The position numbers and the translations under genes are program-made. A stretch of DNA of 63,787 nucleotides, counting the filler, from Choristocarpus tenellus KU-1152 (Eukaryota; Protista; Phaeophyceae): assembly GCA_964200185.2 (NCBI GenBank). It is 12 parts of 12 records of this genome, joined end to end, with 100 filler letters (N's around TTAATTAATTAA, not from the genome) between each part and the next. Parts side by side here need not be neighbours in the genome. Positions count along the whole stretch, not along the records: positions 49,879 to 54,115 come from CAXNAD020015546.1; positions 54,216 to 63,787 come from CAXNAD020003565.1; 10 more parts are not named here. One strand, given 5' to 3'. The stretch's first letter is position 1. Each line of letters begins with the position of its first letter. Below, piece after piece: positions 52,701-63,787 of the stretch. The notes beneath the pieces are model-generated. The model was not told the DNA's origin and did no database searches. It worked only from the letters and a program-made list of their open reading frames with translations.

Positions 52701-54075
52701 TATCTGACAAGAGCATCTCGGTCATTCTTCTATTCCTTATCAGAATGAAAGCTTGAAAGTTTTTGTACGGATGGATACTGTGGGGTGTGCTCCGAATTTT
52801 GGCACTAATTAACGTCTGCCCCAAGGCGTGCCCTCACTTTACTGTTGTTCAGATCTCTTTTTCATACAGTGCTTTTCACAAACATCAAAGAAGAAGTGCA
52901 GTGCTGAAGGGATGATCCTTGAAGACAAGTGTTTATGTTTACATCAGCAGTGCCGACAAAACGTATTTGACTCATTGGGGAAGGTCGAAGTATTACAAAC
53001 GCTCCCAGCAGTTTAACTTGATGGGATATGTAGCTCCAATCCACAAGCCTGTAGGCTGATGATGAGGCTTATCGACGGCACCTGTGATATGTCCTTAACT
53101 GGATAACCAACAAAAATGGATGGTTATCAGGTCGTTACATCATTACATAATTGGTATAGTTATCCTCAAGTTAACTCCACAACCGAGTTTCCAGAGTCCG
53201 AAGGTGAGGAGGACAACCACAATTGCAATGTGAAAGGTTGAGAGTTTTTAGCGAATTGAAGATTCCCTTTTGGGCTGTCCATATGTATACTTACTACTGC
53301 TAGCACTGATTAGGGCGCAAGAAGCAGTACAGACGCTAAGTGCCTGTAACATGCCCCCTAGCGTGAACTAGGTATAGATGTCTACACTTACCACAGCTGA
53401 TTGTCAAAAGTTACACCAGAAAAAAAAGTCTATCACTTTGATTGTGCTGCAACACATATGTGTATGTTATCGTTGGGTAGTGCAGGCCAAAGGTGCAAAA
53501 TTAATTTAGTTTTATTTCGTTCCTAAAGGCTCCCTAGTTCTGATTTACGCAATCACAACTGTGACCAGAGTATGCCTTTGTTTCATTTGGGAGTGTCCAT
53601 TCAAACATCCAAGCGTACAATCGGAGTCAGTTCCCATTTGATCCAACCAGAGTGCACAATTGTCTCCTCTGGGAAGACTGGTTGAACAATTACAAAGCAT
53701 ACATCTCGAACTCAGCCTACAGCAATAGGGTTCCCAGTTCTGAACTTCCCATAGTAGAACGGACTTTCCAAGTGTACATTTGTTACCCTTGGGTACACAG
53801 GCCCTGTGTTACAAGGTCAATTCGGGATCAGCCTTGTTTATGTTGTCAACGAATAATATTCGAACCCCCACACCATCTGTGATCAAAGGAAAGCTTAATT
53901 TGAGCCTATCCCATGCTCCTCAGCATGAAGCATACACAATGTCTCCAAATCTCTGAGTAGGCAATTGACACCACCTAAAATGAAATAAAATATAGAAAGA
54001 ACTTTGATAGGGCAAAAATGTGTATGTGAAGAAAACACAACCCTGTATGTCTATGTGGGAACACAAAGACATTGC

Positions 54076-54115
54076 GAGCCAAAGTATCTTAGAGGGTAGA
54101 GCCCTGTCCATTTGG
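54076..54115 (+). mobile_element. MITE family B left end truncated by the gap
   Basis: GAGCCAAAGTATCTTAGAGGGTAGAGCCCTGTCCATTTGG. Confidence 0.85.
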
Positions 54116-56014
54116 NNNNNNNNNNNNNNNNNNNNNNNNNNNNNNNNNNNNNNNNNNNNTTAATTAATTAANNNNNNNNNNNNNNNNNNNNNNNNNNNNN
54201 NNNNNNNNNNNNNNNGTTAGAGGGGAGTAGGGGAGTGAGAAGAAAAGGGGAGGAAAGTGTGAACAAGTGGGGGGGGTTGTTGGGCCGTTCAGGGGCGTTT
54301 TGTTTTCCAATTGAGTTTTTTTTTTTTCCCTGGTTTTTGTGATAGTGGGGGGAAAGAAGGAAAGCCCTTGAAGGGGGTTGTTCTTGGTATTGTTAGAAGG
54401 CGTTTGGGGGTGGGGATGGTGAGAGATGCATGGATACCCGTGAGATGTAAGGGTGTAGTTGGAATGAGGGGACCAAAAGAAAAAAAATGGAAGTATGATT
54501 TTTTTTGTCGCTTTTTATGTTCTGAGATTTTTGAAAGCAACAAAATGAATAGTCTCCCTCCCAAGGGCTCTGTGGTTGATTTGTGGTTGATGCTTAAATT
54601 TTGAGTTCTTGTTCCTTTTTTTTGTTTTTCTTACTTTTTCAGTTGGATAGCTGGGCAGTAATTCGTTGTGAGGTGAAAGGACTTGGGGATTCCAACATTG
54701 GACCTAGTTTTTTTGTTGTTGTTGAGAGTGATGGCCTTAGAGTACCTGTGTGATTGTGACCTTTGCACAGCTTGCACCATTCCGTAACTCTTTGTGTTTG
54801 ACTGTTGTAAGCAAAGGTGTGAACTGTTGGATGGTCAGTCAAGTATAGGGAATAAAGGTATTAGACTGTGACAGGACCGTGGCCCTAATGCAGGGCTATC
54901 TCTTCCTTGTGGAGCATCAATTGTTGAGTTTTGTCGAATGTGCAATGGCAGGGTTATTTGAAGCCAACTTCTTAACAGGTTCTGCAAAAAACTAGTTCAA
55001 AATGTCTTAATTTCAGTGGAATGGTGTACAAATCTGGGTCACAGCTGTAGGCAATGAAGATATTTGGCAAAAAAAAAAGAATTGCCAGGGTAATGGTAGA
55101 TGCTGCTTCTTATTTGCCATACGTGTCTTGGTGATGAGAATTTTGATGGTTTGTGCTAATCTCTTCTCACAATTTGTTAGGAAAGGTGAGTAAAAAATGT
55201 TGATAATTTAAGCAGTTTATTTTCAGCTCCCAACACAATTTCTTCCTTTATTAGGGACAGCACCAAGTTTGTTGCTACTGTATTGTGTTACTAAAGTATT
55301 GTGTTCGCAAAGTATTTGGTGTTTGATAAGAGAGTACCCTCTTGTTGCGTGGGTGAACTTGTGCTAGTGCAGCTGTGTGGTGTGCTAGTATTATGAGGCA
55401 GGAAGGCAAGAGGCCTTGAGATATTTACTTCCTGAGTAATGGTCAGGACTCCTGCTTCAAAATCGTCTTTGCTAGTGTAGTGGTACTATTAGCAAGGTGT
55501 AAAGAAGTAGTACTACTAGTAGTAGTTCTTATTATAATGGGGGGTGAGGAGTGCTTATTGATATTTGAAAATCTTATGTGTGTGGAACGGCATGTAACGT
55601 ATTGCAGTGATGATAATTGAACATTGATGAACACTATCTTATGCTTTCTGGTTAGTTTGTGTTATTCCTATTATTATTACTATATCAGTAATAACGGCCT
55701 TTGGGCTCTCTGCATGCCCTATGGCTGCATCAGTCACTGTTCACAACTCCATTTCACATTATTTATTTTTGACAAGACATTTACTGCCTTTGATATCCCT
55801 CCACTACCACAGCTCTCCTGCTCAATGGTGAAGCCCAGCCTCTTGCCTATTTCTTGGTTCACCTCCTTCCCACAGAGTTTGCAGTTCATCAATCAAGACA
55901 TACATGTATAAACTGTATATTACATTTTTACTCCCTTCATGTTGGTGTCAGTTCAGTTCCTGACGATATTTTTTTTTGTTGTTGGTGCTCTTGTTTTTAT
56001 ATTATTATTTATAG

Positions 56015-59000
56015 GTTGAACGACAGAATTTGGGCGCAAGTGCAGTGACCTCAGATGCCATTGCCACAATTTCCACAAGCAGTGCTTCTGTATTGGGAGG
56101 GGCAGATTCGAAGGCAGAATCTTTCAGAGTAGCTCTGAAAGGGCTAGGTGATGGGTGGCGACCAGGCAAGGTTGGCAGCAACGCAGCTGTTGTCTGGGTG
56201 TCATCAGAGTTTCCATGCAAGACCGAGGTGAGATAGTTATGGGCACCCTGTGCTCCCCCACAGAAAGAAGCAACTGTGGTGTTGGTGTGTGTGTTGATTC
56301 ACAACCCTGGTGGACAAGAACCCATGAAAAGATAGCTAATTTTTCTGCCTCCTTGATTAAATGCCGTTTTAAACTGCGAACAAGTGATGTGGTGTCCCAT
56401 AGAAGCAGGGAGTTCTCCCACCTTACTCCTCCTATGCCCTTACTCAGCATCTTTGTTTTTTTTGTGTCAGGAGTTCTTTTCAATGTTCATTTCCAGTGAT
56501 GCCGACCATGGCCTGCCAAGCTTCCACGAGTCACAAGGGGACTGGGAGGTGACAGCCACTCAGTGGAAGGTGGCAGGCGGGGCTGTGGGAATGACAAGGG
56601 AGATCCGCTTTGTTCACCCCATCACCGCCCCCATAGGACCAAAGTCTACAAGGACAGTCAAGCTTCAAAGGTTAGAGGGGTCATGGTGTTCTTAGTGTTG
56701 TGTTTGTCAAGGAGGAGGGAGTAAGGTGTTCACAAATTTTGAAAGGACGAAGGATAAGATGAATGCCTTGCAAAATTGTTGGAAACCCCTTTTTTTTGTA
56801 CTGTAGTTGTATGTGCACAATGAACGCATGTATGTACAAGGAATTGTGGCATTTCACTCACCCACAGTAGGTAGGAGTTTCAATTTTTCCTAGAGGGAAT
56901 AGCTATGGTGACTTGTGTTTGTTCGGGATTTTGTGGTGCGTGTTTTGGGGTAGGTTGTGAGTTTTGATTGTGAATATTGTGTTGAAAGGGAACAAGACTG
57001 CTAGTCGTGGGCTGTCTTGAGAGGCTTGGTTAGAGGAGGGGCAAGGTACAGTACTGGCTTACATTGCTGTGAATGTTTCAAGCTCATATTAATGCATCAC
57101 AGTCCCCTTCCCAAAAGGGATAACTTTGTTGCAAACCTCTGGCACCTGCAATAGGAGCTTGAATTGTTCGATATACTAGTATGCTAGGATGAATTTCAGT
57201 AAAAAGGAGACGCAGCTCTTTGTTGTAATTATGTATGATATTATGTATGCTATTAAGTATGATATTAAGTATGCTATTATGTATGCTATTAAGTATGATA
57301 TTAATTATGCTACTAAGTATGATATTATGTATGCTATTAATTATGATATTTAGTATGCTATTAAGTATGCTATTAAGTGTGATATTAATTCTACTATTAA
57401 GTATGCTATTAAGTATGATATTAAGTATGCTATTAATTATGCAATGAAGTATGATATGAAGTATGCTATTAAGTATGATATTAAGTATGCCATTGTGTCC
57501 ACTGGCAATCGTTTTGACTGGTCAGACACTTTATGCATGTAACATATACTTTGCTCCACTTTTTAGTCCAGGTGTCATTATTTGAAAAAGTGCTTGAGGT
57601 AGTGTTGAGTTTTAGTTGGTGGTATGATATATCCATGCATGAAATCATTTGTGGTATATCTCAAATTCCTTACACTGTTAGAAGTAAGTATCACGACATC
57701 ATACTTCTCTCTGTCCACGACGAATGGGACCTTTTTTTCATTCACAGAGGTCAGGAATTTTCTGGATTATTGAGTACCCCACGCAAGCAAAGAAAACGCC
57801 TCTTTTTTAGCACTGACTTGAAAGGTTCGATTGCAGGGAGAGCATGGAATCAAGAAAGCAGGAGGAAGATCTTACTATAGTAATAATATGTAGTAGTAGA
57901 AACCTATAATGTTTTTCCTCTTGGTAAAATTAGATAGCCCTAACCCTTATCTGTATAACCCTTGCTGAGACACCCCCTCCTTCTCTGCTGCTGTAGACCT
58001 TATCAAATTCACTTTGCTATCTCAATCTTTTTGTCCTCTCCTTCAATGTTGAAGATGCCGCAAGTATGGAGATTCTGGGTTCATACTGGAGACGTCCACG
58101 CACTTGGAGGATATTGTCATGAGCGACTACTTCCAAATAGAGGACTGTTGTGTCTTGAAGCCTTCACCTACGGGGGCGGGTGTGTGTGTTGATGTCAAGG
58201 TGGAGGTGAGTGCAAAGGATACACTAGAGGAGGGTGTTGAGGAGAGTGAATGGTGGGGGTGGGGGGGTGGAGGAGAGATTTTTTGTTGAAAACATTACCA
58301 TAGATGTACTAAGATCATCTAATTCAAAGGCACTTTCTGCTTTATTTGTTTCATCATTTTTCCTAGAGATTCGATCATTTTCTTGAAATGTGCAAGTTCA
58401 CTTGATAAAATGTTCCGAAGAAAATATGAAAATGGACATACTTTTTGTGTGTCCGGATTGTTCTGAAACAACCAGATTACCAAATGTGTAATTTTACCAT
58501 CTATTGTTGAATTGCATCTATATGAGTATTATTCAAGAGTTTGATAGCATTTTAAAACATTGATATGCTAGAGAGAGTTGATTGAATTTGCTACTGAACA
58601 ATGACAAAATAATATTCTAAATTAATATTTAAAGCGTTGACCAGCAACTTTTGTTCGAAGGGTTTTGGCATCGTTGATTGACTACCAGGCTTAATCCACA
58701 CATAGGATTTTTTTTTTTTTAAATCTAACAGAAAATAATGTGAACATCAATGAAGCTATTGAGAATTTGAAAGGTAGTATTGCTATTTGATAGTATTTTC
58801 TAATCAGTTTTTATTGTAAAAACGAGAATCATGATGACTTGAGATGACCAGTCCTTGTAGGAGTGCTTTGATATTGTGTAGAGCTATTGTGCTGGGATGG
58901 GTTCATTGTCTAGGCAACGATGGAAAAATGGTCATGCAGTCTTAAATTTGGTTGTTGTGAGCCTATGTCGTTGTCGCATGCATGCCTTGGTTGTTGTGAG

Positions 59001-60348
59001 CTGGTCAGAAGTCATAGTATGACAATCTATTGGTTCGGGTCTCAAGGTATTTAATCATGAAAGGACAGTTGTTTCAGTTTCATCAACCTTGCGAGCATCT
59101 ATCCTTAAGGCACGAAGTGTCGTATTGTGCCCACTAGCCTTTCTTCTCTTAGTGTCTTGTTGACCTCTCATGCTAACCTGCAGTAGCTATGTTGATACCG
59201 AACCAGGTGAAGTTCTTCAAGAGTACAATGTTTAGGAAGACGATTCAAGCCAAGTCCCTCAAGGAATCACAGGAGGTCTGGGAAGCATTTTTTTCAATGA
59301 TTAGGAATAAACTGTCTTTGGTTATGACCAATTCAGGGTGTGGCGGTGAGTCATGTGTGCATTGTGTTGTGAAATGAGATGTGGGGACAAGTGAGGGTGG
59401 CCAGTAGTGTTTATGGGTGAGGATATGCTCCTGGTTTAGACTCCCTACCTATCACAAGGTGCCTGAGACCTTCAAATGAGCTTTTTTGTTTATACCTGAC
59501 CCCAGGTTTCTTCCTTCAAACACCTATGTACCTATCCCCTTACCTGTTTACCTTCCCTCTGTTTTTCTTGTTCTTTGAATATGTGCACTATTGGAGTAGC
59601 ATTGTCTCTCCCACTCCTGTCACACGTCAAACCTCTGGCTGAGGCAGGTAAGTGGGAAGAGGACAATGAGGAAGAGGGAGAAATGCGCCACACACAAGAG
59701 CGCTTACGAGAGCGACGGAAACACCGCCGCCGCCGCAGCTCTCATGCTAGCTCAGCTGTCCCAGGTGAGGGAGGCAAGGAAGAGCTGCGCCACCATACTG
59801 TGGGCCGGCCGCGTGCCCTCTCTGCTGCTTCTGTCAATTTATGTTCTGAAAGTCGAACCAGCAGGCATGGGGGGGTCAAAACCATGGCAAGTCCACAAGT
59901 GGACACAACCGAGATGGCAAGAGTAGTGAGGACAACAGCACAATCTAGTCGGAAGCAGCCGTCTTCATTGACGACAAGGTCGGTCGTTGCAGAAAATCAG
60001 GAGGTTACTCCCCTTAAGCAAGGTCCTCCGAAGTTTTTCTTGCGGCTGCCGTGGGTGCTGCTATTGGTTGTGTTGTTGTGGGAGGTTGCGCAATATGCAT
60101 GGCTTGCAGCAGAGGTGGATGGATTCTTACGGGCAGCAGAGGTGGCCCTGACCAGTCTTGGGAGCCGAGATTGCTGTGTTGCGGGAGGTGCAGGTGGAAC
60201 TGATAATAGTGAGCGTAGTGGACATGGTGTGGATGAGGCACAAGCAGGGGGAGAACTTCGGGCAGAGCTTGCGCAGCAGCTCCTCACGATGTATGTTCAA
60301 AATCGGTTTATCTGGCCCCTAAGCTGGTTTCTCAGGGGTGGCAGGTAA
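56015..60348 (+). CDS. VASt-domain (Aster/VAD1/LAM-like) lipid-transfer protein with C-terminal TM helix (exons 56015-56227, 56471-56670, 58055-58205, 59207-59345, 59600-~60348)
   Basis: EFFSMFISSD..W..TREIRFVHPITAPIGPKSTRTVKLQR..ETSTHLEDIVMSDYFQIED..VKFFKSTMFRKTIQAKS; all splice phases compatible; hydrophobic LPWVLLLVVLLW; the 3' end is uncertain. Confidence 0.88.
57228..57490 (+). repeat. 12-bp AT-rich minisatellite (ATGMTATTAAGT)n in an intron
   Basis: About 20 tandem copies. Confidence 0.93.
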
Positions 60349-61149
60349 TCTGCTGTATATGGCATTGGTGGGAAGATATAACGTTGGAAAGAACCTCCAA
60401 AAAGACTTGTCCAGTAGAACATGTAAAAATGAAAATAATTGAATGTGTTGGTTTTTGTTAGACTTTTCACTGTCTTTTATGCACTGCGCGCAATTGACAC
60501 GATGTATATTGTGTAATACCTTTGTTGTTTGCAAGCCCCTTCTATTGGAAGTCTTGATCCCATTTAAGCTGTCTCTTCCCTCCGTGAGTTGAACATTAGT
60601 AGTACATGCAAAGAATGTACAATATCCACTGTTTATGTAGAGAGATGGCTATACACTATTGATACTTTCCCTAATGTAGGAACTGCCCTTTGCTCTTGCT
60701 TCACTGTGTGGAAGGAAGCAAAGGGGTTACCTCTGAATGTTTAGTGAAAACCTTGATATCAGAGCAGTGTTTATGTAACTGTTATACTCAAGCCTCTCCT
60801 GGTGTTTTTCTTCCTGTTTCCAGTGTGTCCCCACCTCCTTTATTTTAGTAAGTACACTGACATGCTTGGGGTGTTTGCATATTAAGAGTTCACAAATTTC
60901 GTGCTTTACATTGAAGTAGTCTCATCTTGGCTACAGCCTGTTTGAATGCTCGGTTGTTATGAATCGGTACATCATTGTCATTAAATTGTATCACTATTCA
61001 CTGAAAGCCCAGTGCTAGAGGACATGTACCAAAAAGAGGCAGTCACTGTGATTCCAAATACTTACCAACATCCCTATCAAAGATATTATGACTTTGGATG
61101 ATCACTTGAAAGCACAATTTTAGAATGTACTAGAGTTTTATGATAGCAC

Positions 61150-62035
61150 CAATACATACAATATGATCCCACCATTCCTGTTGTGGAGCCCTAGCTAACT
61201 CAGATGTTGAACATTGAGGTACTACTGTTCCACCAGGGCATATGCTTGCGTTGGGGAACATTTCCAACATATCTCTTAAGCCATCACTCATCTAATTGTG
61301 TGCTCTCCCTAACCAGTAGTTTCAATCTTTGCTGTTCCGTGGAGCCAGTTCCGTGACCTCCCTCTTATTCTATTTTTATTCTCCACCAATAGGGAGTCGG
61401 GAAAGCGGTCCAGCAGGGATTTGACCCCATAACCTCTGATTTCTGTCAAGAGTTAAGGTTCCACTGTTCCACCAAAGCAGACATCTACACCCTGATACAG
61501 TGGTATCTCAATGTTCAGCAAAATGAGAGAGTGGGAACCTTCCCAGCATAATCCACTATTTGGCTTCAGTCCCATAATCCAATTAGCTCCAGCACGTTTT
61601 GAGCAGCTACACACTTTGTATCCTGTTTCTCTGCACACAGAGCATTACCCTTTATCCGAGCCTTCACAGGTGGGGGCAACAGAGGGGCAGGATGATTGTG
61701 GGTGTAACCCATGACACTGCCAGTACTCCACACATCCTGGCCGATGTACTTACGACTCCCCTGAACCTCCACCTGTCATAAACGCACCTCCTGATATCAG
61801 ACTCTCAACATTTCCAACCGCTTGTCTTGACTGGGGTCTACTTTTCATTGCAAACGTCTCATAGTCCCTTTTCTGCAACTCCAATCTTGCAGCCAGTCCC
61901 ATTCCCTTCACCTGTGGGATGTTGATGCATCACTCTACTGTCAAGTAGATGTGGAAGGCACTCAGTTGCTCTTCTTTACTGGGTCTGTTCCCTAGTAATG
62001 CCATGCTGGCCATGATTTTGTTCAGTTCCATGAAT
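61150..62035 (-). pseudogene. Possible Copia-like gag/protease relic
   Basis: Interrupted frames with a zinc-knuckle-like CSVCRETGYKVCSC followed by GTAKIET..LRDML; heavily decayed. Confidence 0.4.
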
Positions 62036-62044
62036 ACAATTGGA

Positions 62045-63560
62045 CTTCCTCTGTCCAAAATTTAATATAACATAACTTTTGCAACCTCTGATCTTACCCG
62101 GGAATGATCCACATGATAAAACCCATTGAATGAGGCTTAGTTCTCATATAGACTTCAAGGTGTGCAAAATTTGAGATGGTGGGCTGTCAAGACTGTGGAA
62201 TCACCAGTGAAAAGCCAACCAAGTCGCACATGATGGGTTCAAATCAAAGCCTTGTGAAACTGTCAAAGTGGGAGTTTATTGGGGTACTTTGGACAAAAGC
62301 CCCCCGTCATTCGAGTGACTTGCTCATCCTTTCGTTGCCCATTGGTCCCAATTCTTTGACTCCAAAAGTCTGCGTGGGGTACAGACTTAAACACTTCAAT
62401 AAAGAACAGTTTGGTGGCACAATGCCTGGAGGCGAGAGGGCGCAAGACATGGATGCATTAAGGGAAGGTGGTGGCCATCATAGAGGACTTCGGAATTTCT
62501 CTCATCACCATACTCCGTCATCTGAAGGAGCGTGATAGCCAGATTGCCAGGGAGAATGTATGGACCTTGTACGACGTCACAAGGGGCGATGTGACTACTG
62601 TAGAAGTGTCCTTAACGTTTGGGACGTCCCATTGGTTCACGTGACATACTTCTGCAAATGATGGCCAAAGCTGGTGTCTCCTTTGCCTCATTGTGGGATC
62701 TGTGCAAGGGTGAGAAGGTGAAGAAGGCCAAGCAGTGGATTAAGCCAGTCCTCTCAGACCAGCAGAAAGTCAACAGGGTGGATTTTGTCATCAGCCGCAC
62801 GCACAGGAGGGGGCAAAGTGGAGTGTTTATGGAAATCTGTATGACTGGGTGCACGTGGACAAAGAAGTAGTTTTACATCCTCAAAGATGAGCAAGGTGTG
62901 TATCTGCACCTCACTGAGGACCCCCACAATCCCCCACAGGTACAGAATAAGAGTTAAATTACAAAGTTGATGTCCCTTGCAACCGTGGCCGGCCCTAGGA
63001 AGGTCTTCAGTGGGGTGTGGTTCAATGGGAAAGTCGGGATCTGGCTAATTGTGGACAATGAGGTCACTCAGTGCTCAAGCAACCACTGCCCCAAGGGCAC
63101 CAAGGTGCTGTGCCAGCCATGGTGGATAGGGAGAAGTATAAGAAGCTCACGATCGAGGATGTTATCCTCGTACTCAAGGCCCTCATGCCTAGGCCGGAAG
63201 GACACACCATCTTTATTCATGAGGGTGGGGCAAAGCCACACACCAAGGAGGGCCGATCATGGAGGCAATAGAGAAGGCGACGGGGGACGACATTGTTATA
63301 GAGACCCAGGCGGTCAACTCACCTGACCTCAACATCTATGACCTGGGATTCTTTCATTCCATCCAGCAACTGAAGAAAGACGTGGGGGTGAACTACACAG
63401 AGGTGGAGGCCCAATGGAGGTGTTCGATGTTTACCCCCAGGAGACACCAGAACAGGTCTGGTAGAGACTCTTCGCAGTGTACAATGAAGTGCTGAGCTCC
63501 AAGAGTGACAACATCCTCAAAATTCGCAATCTTAGGAAGGGAAGATATCAAAAGTAAGCT
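62045..63560 (+). mobile_element. DD39D (plant-type mariner) transposase pseudogene
   Basis: WIKPVLSDQQKVNRVDF, WVHVDKK*FYI, VQNKS*ITKLM, FNGKVGIW, GAKPH, QAVNSPDLNIYDLGFFHSIQ with stops and frameshifts; a tentative Stowaway-like TIR CTTCCTCTGTCCAAAAT at 62045. Confidence 0.9.
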
Positions 63561-63787
63561 TTTTATTTATGTGTAAAAGTAGATTCTGTAAGAAACAATT
63601 GAAGGATGGAAGAGATCATGTGTATGCCCTGAAGAATAGAAGATAGGTTTGAGTGAAAGAACTAGAATATGGAAGAGTTCAGGAATAGGAAACATTGTGA
63701 GCAAGTAATCTGTAATTAATAATCCACAGAATAGGATTTATTTGGTGTCAAGGACCCCCCCCCCTTTGGGCTTGAAAGCTCACTCCT

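Noticed and set aside
57235-57447. Hydrophobic MLLS-repeat ORF
   Set aside because: Translation of a 12-bp intronic minisatellite.

Overview
Eukaryotic genomic DNA, probably a brown alga or close stramenopile relative. This is inferred from spliceosomal introns, TTAGGG-type repeats and protein style; the species cannot be determined from the sequence. The window joins 12 short contigs with eleven artificial 100-bp spacers (N44-TTAATTAATTAA-N44), so nothing can be inferred across gaps. Host gene fragments: PP2C phosphatase, a divergent phosphatidylinositol-synthase-like gene, a cyclin-dependent kinase, a WD40 protein, a flavin amine-oxidase-family protein, a VASt-domain lipid-transfer protein, a large low-complexity exon and a possible beta-helix exon. 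Decayed mobile elements: pogo/Tigger, two DD39D mariners, two complementary deletion derivatives of an IS630/Tc1-like family, a DIRS-type tyrosine recombinase, non-LTR RT/RNase H fragments and a Copia-like relic. Three observations stand out. (1) An abundant group of related ~180-280 bp MITEs with GR...YC termini and mixed 3/4-bp target duplications (Sola2-like); empty sites can be reconstructed inside the window, and the TIRs carry a potentially frame-preserving splice donor/acceptor pair. (2) A reconstructable, intron-containing, CpG-rich ParB/Srx-domain (DGNHR) pseudogene interrupted by one of these MITEs. (3) A PIS-like gene that has lost catalytic aspartates.
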